Positions 47,619-50,517 of a stretch of 50,517 nucleotides of DNA are shown one piece after another. This stretch comes from Methanosarcinales archaeon. Its GTDB lineage: Archaea > Halobacteriota > Syntropharchaeia > Alkanophagales > Methanospirareceae. The DNA lies in NCBI GenBank assembly GCA_025464585.1, contig JAODGL010000021.1, positions 7,876 through 58,392 of the forward strand, given 5' to 3'. The notes under the pieces are model-generated. The model saw only the letters and a list, made by a program, of their open reading frames with translations. It was not told the DNA's origin and made no database searches. The position numbers and the translations under genes were made by a program. Position 1 is the stretch's first letter; each line of letters opens with the position of its first letter.

Positions 47619-48449
47619 TTATCGCCTCGAGAACAACTTTGAGAGCAGCGTCTTCTTTGTTTCGCACATCTCTTCGAAGACGCAATTATCACAGGGTGCA
47701 TTCTCCCCTTTCTCCGGAAAAACACCTCCTTTTATCCGTTTTACTCGTTTCAATATCTGTAAAGCAAGCGCTTTGTCCCTTCTTCTTATCTGCGATTCCC
47801 TGAACTCAGCAGACCTTATATATTCTACAAACCCCCTTTTTACCGTTGTTCCGAACTCTTCTTCGATAAGCATTGCATACGCCGCTAACTGAACCCTATC
47901 GCTTTTCCATACGCTGTATTCAGGGCATTTACCCGTTTTTATCATGCAAGGTATAACTTCCTCACCCGCTCTTATCAGCTTGTCCACGCTCCCGCTCATG
48001 CCCAACTTTACCGATACCATCGTATGTTCCCTCTCGTAGCCGCCATGAGCTTTTTCCAACTTTGACAGTCCGTTTTCATTCCTTATCTTCCTTAACCATT
48101 CATCCACATTCATGCTCTGGCTGCGAATGAAATCTGTTTTTACCGCCTCAAAGAAATTCTTCTCCACACCTTTCAGTTCTTCCTTATATATCCATTCTAC
48201 ACCATCCACTATACCTTCAATTACTCTTTTTATATCCTCTTCATCATCCTTCATACCACGAATTGTATGCAAATTGAATGCCAACTCCTTCAGCAGAATA
48301 GACTCAATCATGCTTCTTTCTTTTCCCTTTGCTATTCCCTGCTGCTCAAGCCCTCTTGCACTGAAATACACCAGCCGGGGACATATCAAATATTGTGTTA
48401 AATCAGAAACTTTAACTTTAATTTGGGATTCCTGTTCTTCTTCCATCAC
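47619..48449 (-). CDS. Standalone Cas4-like / RecB-family PD-(D/E)xK nuclease with 4-Cys (Fe-S) signature
   Basis: An N-terminal Cys in YLICPRLVYF, GSVDKLIR...PCMIKTGK, QLAAYAML, and the C-terminal CDNCVFEEMC (C-x2-C-x5-C). This motif order is as in the Cas4/DUF83 family. Confidence 0.6.
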   Translation of the reverse strand: MMEEEQESQIKVKVSDLTQYLICPRLVYFSARGLEQQGIAKGKERSMIESILLKELAFNLHTIRGMKDDEEDIKRVIEGIVDGVEWIYKEELKGVEKNFFEAVKTDFIRSQSMNVDEWLRKIRNENGLSKLEKAHGGYEREHTMVSVKLGMSGSVDKLIRAGEEVIPCMIKTGKCPEYSVWKSDRVQLAAYAMLIEEEFGTTVKRGFVEYIRSAEFRESQIRRRDKALALQILKRVKRIKGGVFPEKGENAPCDNCVFEEMCETKKTLLSKLFSRR

Positions 48450-48528
48450 ATTAGTTTATTATACTTATGTTTTATTTTATTGTTTGATATTATAACATGG
48501 ATAATACAAAGGAGGAAATAAAGAAAAA

Positions 48529-49317
48529 ATGTTTGAGGCTAAGATAGATGCAAACGTGCTGAGAGAATGCATAGAGTCGATTACAGCAATAGTGGATGAA
48601 GGGAAGTTAAAAATAGCAGAAGATGGTTTTAAACTCCGGGCTGTTGACCCTGCAAATGTGGCAATGGTCTCTTTTGAATTGCAAACCGATGCTTTTGATG
48701 AATTCAGGTTTGTGGCAAAGGAACCAGGCGCTGAAAGTGAAACCGAAGCCACGACTGAATCCAGGGCTGAGACAGAAATAGGCATAGACTTCGTGAAGCT
48801 GCTTAGCATCCTCGGAATAGGAGGGAGAGAAGAGGTTGAGTTGGAGCTGGACGAGCATGCACAAAAATTGTTCACCAGGATGGGTAGTCTCGCATATACT
48901 ATCTCCTTGCTTGACCCCTCTTCACTGAGGAAAGAGCCAAAGGTTCCGGAACTTGAATTTCCTGTGCAGGTAATCATCGAAACAGAAGAGTTCAGAAGAA
49001 CCATACGCGCCGCTGAAAAGATAGGTGACCACATAGTACTTGGTGTAGATGGCGAGGTATTCTATATGGAGGCAGAGGGGGAGATGGATAAGTTGAGGTT
49101 AGGGTTGCGAAAGGAGCAATTGATACATCTGACACCCGGAACGCTTCATTCTTTATATTCGCTGGACTACATCTCGGCAATGAGCAAGGGGATGAGCCAT
49201 GCGGAGAATATAACGCTCAACCTCGGTAAGGATTATCCGCTGCAAATAGAGTTTGAAGTAGCAGAGGGCAAAGGGAAAGTTAGTTATTTGCTGGCTCCGA
49301 GAATAGAGTCGGAATAA
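48529..49317 (+). CDS. pcn: DNA polymerase sliding clamp PCNA
   Basis: MFEAKIDANVLRECIESITAIVDEGKLKIAEDGFKLRAVDPANVAMV... and the C-terminal SYLLAPRIESE are typical of archaeal PCNA. Confidence 0.95.
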   Translation: MFEAKIDANVLRECIESITAIVDEGKLKIAEDGFKLRAVDPANVAMVSFELQTDAFDEFRFVAKEPGAESETEATTESRAETEIGIDFVKLLSILGIGGREEVELELDEHAQKLFTRMGSLAYTISLLDPSSLRKEPKVPELEFPVQVIIETEEFRRTIRAAEKIGDHIVLGVDGEVFYMEAEGEMDKLRLGLRKEQLIHLTPGTLHSLYSLDYISAMSKGMSHAENITLNLGKDYPLQIEFEVAEGKGKVSYLLAPRIESE

Positions 49318-49418
49318 AGGGTGAGGATAGAAAAGGCGAGAGAGCGACGGTCAGGACAGATAAGGAGTTACAAATTGAGAGAGTCAATTATTACTTTATT
49401 AAAGAGGTAGAGTAAATC

Positions 49419-49880
49419 ATGCCTGATAACGACATCGGGTATCATGAAGATAAAATAAAAAATTGGGCTAAAGCGCTTGTGATTAATGATGGTCGTCCAG
49501 CCACGCAATCTGATTTTAATGATTCTGTTGTTAGAAAAGCATTAGAGTTATATCTGATTAAATTATTTAAAGCCAATAAATACGCAGTAGTAGCTCAGGG
49601 AGAGCCTCAAAAGCTTAATGCCATCCAAAAATTTTTAGTTAACTCATTGAAAGAGGAGCTAAATTTCTTCTTACTTAAAAAGAACGTTATCATCAAGGTT
49701 CTCGAGGAGAGAGGTCAAGAGGAAATCTTTGGAGAATGGGGACGATATGAAGCAATTATTGACGGTAAAAAAGTTTTTATCCGTCCAGGTAGTAAGAAAC
49801 CAAAGGGTTGGCAAATTACTTTTAGAGGTCGTAAACCCGGAAGCTTCATTGATGTAACAAATTTCAGGTTGATTAATTGA
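49419..49880 (+). CDS. Hypothetical protein (153 aa), low-GC orphan
   Basis: A clean ORF with no motif I recognise. Its composition and codon choice (many AAA/TTA/TTT/AAT) differ from the neighbouring genes. Confidence 0.5.
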   Translation: MPDNDIGYHEDKIKNWAKALVINDGRPATQSDFNDSVVRKALELYLIKLFKANKYAVVAQGEPQKLNAIQKFLVNSLKEELNFFLLKKNVIIKVLEERGQEEIFGEWGRYEAIIDGKKVFIRPGSKKPKGWQITFRGRKPGSFIDVTNFRLIN

Positions 49881-49896
49881 GGAAGGGAGAGATATT

Positions 49897-50517
49897 ATGA
49901 TGGACTGGCGTACTATACATTTATGCCTGTATCCCTTTCTATCCGCGGCATCGAAATATGTAGAAGAGTCAGGAATTACGCTGGATAATTTGATTCGCTC
50001 TGGTGCTTTTAGATATGCAAGATTGAGAGGTAAAGATAGGATAATAGAAGCGATAAAAGATGGAAAGGTCCGGAAGCCGGTTATAATCAGCAGTGCTCAG
50101 GCGGAGACGGAATTATTATCTTATCCATTTGCTCGTATCCTCGTGTCTTGCATTGGTGATGAGCGTCTTGTCCGTAGATATGCACTATCGGAAGCAAAAG
50201 CGGCATACGAAAAACTATTGGAGGATTCCAGCACAGGTTCCAGCTCCGACACCGATATTATGTACGAAATGAGCGAAGAGTTTGGCATACGAACGGATTT
50301 CTTACCTGGTGAGCGGGAGCAAGTTCAGGTGCCTTTCGTTGATTATCTACGATTCACTGCTAATCTGCGAGATAAGAGATGGAAACTGGTGAACCGCGGG
50401 TTGGAGAAGGGAATGGTAAAACTCAGAAAGAGCGAGTTTATACGCATCATCCAGGAAGCGATGTATGAAAGGATAAAGAAAGACCTGCCATTGAATGTCC
50501 CCGCAGATATATGCGAG
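49897..50517 (+). CDS. priL: DNA primase large subunit PriL, 3'-partial (runs off the window)
   Basis: My own translation is open for 207 codons to the window end: MMDWRTIHLCLYPFLSAASKYVEESGITLDNL...LLSYPFARILVSCIGDERLVRRYALSEA...FVDYLRF. This is the typical PriL N-terminal helical domain. The ORF is not in the supplied track because it has no stop. Confidence 0.8.
   Translation, partial: MMDWRTIHLCLYPFLSAASKYVEESGITLDNLIRSGAFRYARLRGKDRIIEAIKDGKVRKPVIISSAQAETELLSYPFARILVSCIGDERLVRRYALSEAKAAYEKLLEDSSTGSSSDTDIMYEMSEEFGIRTDFLPGEREQVQVPFVDYLRFTANLRDKRWKLVNRGLEKGMVKLRKSEFIRIIQEAMYERIKKDLPLNVPADICE

Noticed and set aside
1-50517. Search for CRISPR arrays, rRNA genes, long tandem repeats or large inverted repeats
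   Set aside because: I saw no regularly spaced direct repeats of 25-40 nt, no rRNA-like sequence and no long duplicated segment. The only periodic element found is the 3 x 10-bp repeat at 42252-42281.

Overview
The window is a gene-dense archaeal chromosomal segment of roughly 43% GC by eye. Its gene content looks like a methanogen, an ANME archaeon or a related euryarchaeote: CODH/ACS subunits CdhC and CdhD, CooC, CooT, MfnA, small CbiX/CfbA, ArcS and RaSEA. Almost all of it is housekeeping.

Main gene blocks:
- The proteasome-alpha, SBDS and exosome (Rrp4/41/42) superoperon.
- TFE.
- Orc1/Cdc6 followed by the L7Ae-S28e-L24e-Ndk cluster.
- Ribosomal proteins S4e, L5 and L6.
- Cdc48.
- PCNA and PriL.
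- Purine (purM, purP), histidine (hisD), arginine (argF), proline (proA) and NAD (nadX, nadC) biosynthesis.
- Two tRNAs: Ala-CGC and Leu-TAA.

I found no rRNA and no CRISPR array. I also see no clear multi-gene system of unknown function, and I do not want to overstate that.

The less ordinary content is:
1. A 496-codon LAGLIDADG-type intein splitting the D2 ATPase domain of Cdc48.
2. A tnpB-only IS200/IS605-type element. Its TnpB is frameshifted in a homopolymer run, has Gly at the RuvC-II Glu position and has a degenerate first zinc-finger pair.
3. A standalone Cas4-like nuclease with an atypical active-site motif and a C-terminal PIP-like tail. It is transcribed divergently from PCNA and packed tightly against mfnA.
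4. A low-GC orphan gene between pcn and priL.
5. A small ubiquitin-like (ThiS/MoaD/SAMP) gene ending in GG whose stop overlaps the proA start. Unannotated small ORFs precede it, and an EEP-family nuclease/phosphatase gene lies next to them.
6. An unusual density of gene relics: HDAC fragment, ParE remnant, GC-rich membrane-protein relic, flavodoxin N-terminal stub and internally deleted nitroreductase.
7. Break-up of normally conserved operons: the r-protein spc-like cluster, an orphan atpD and a dispersed cdh/coo set.

Every functional call rests on motif recognition in the supplied translations. No database search was run.
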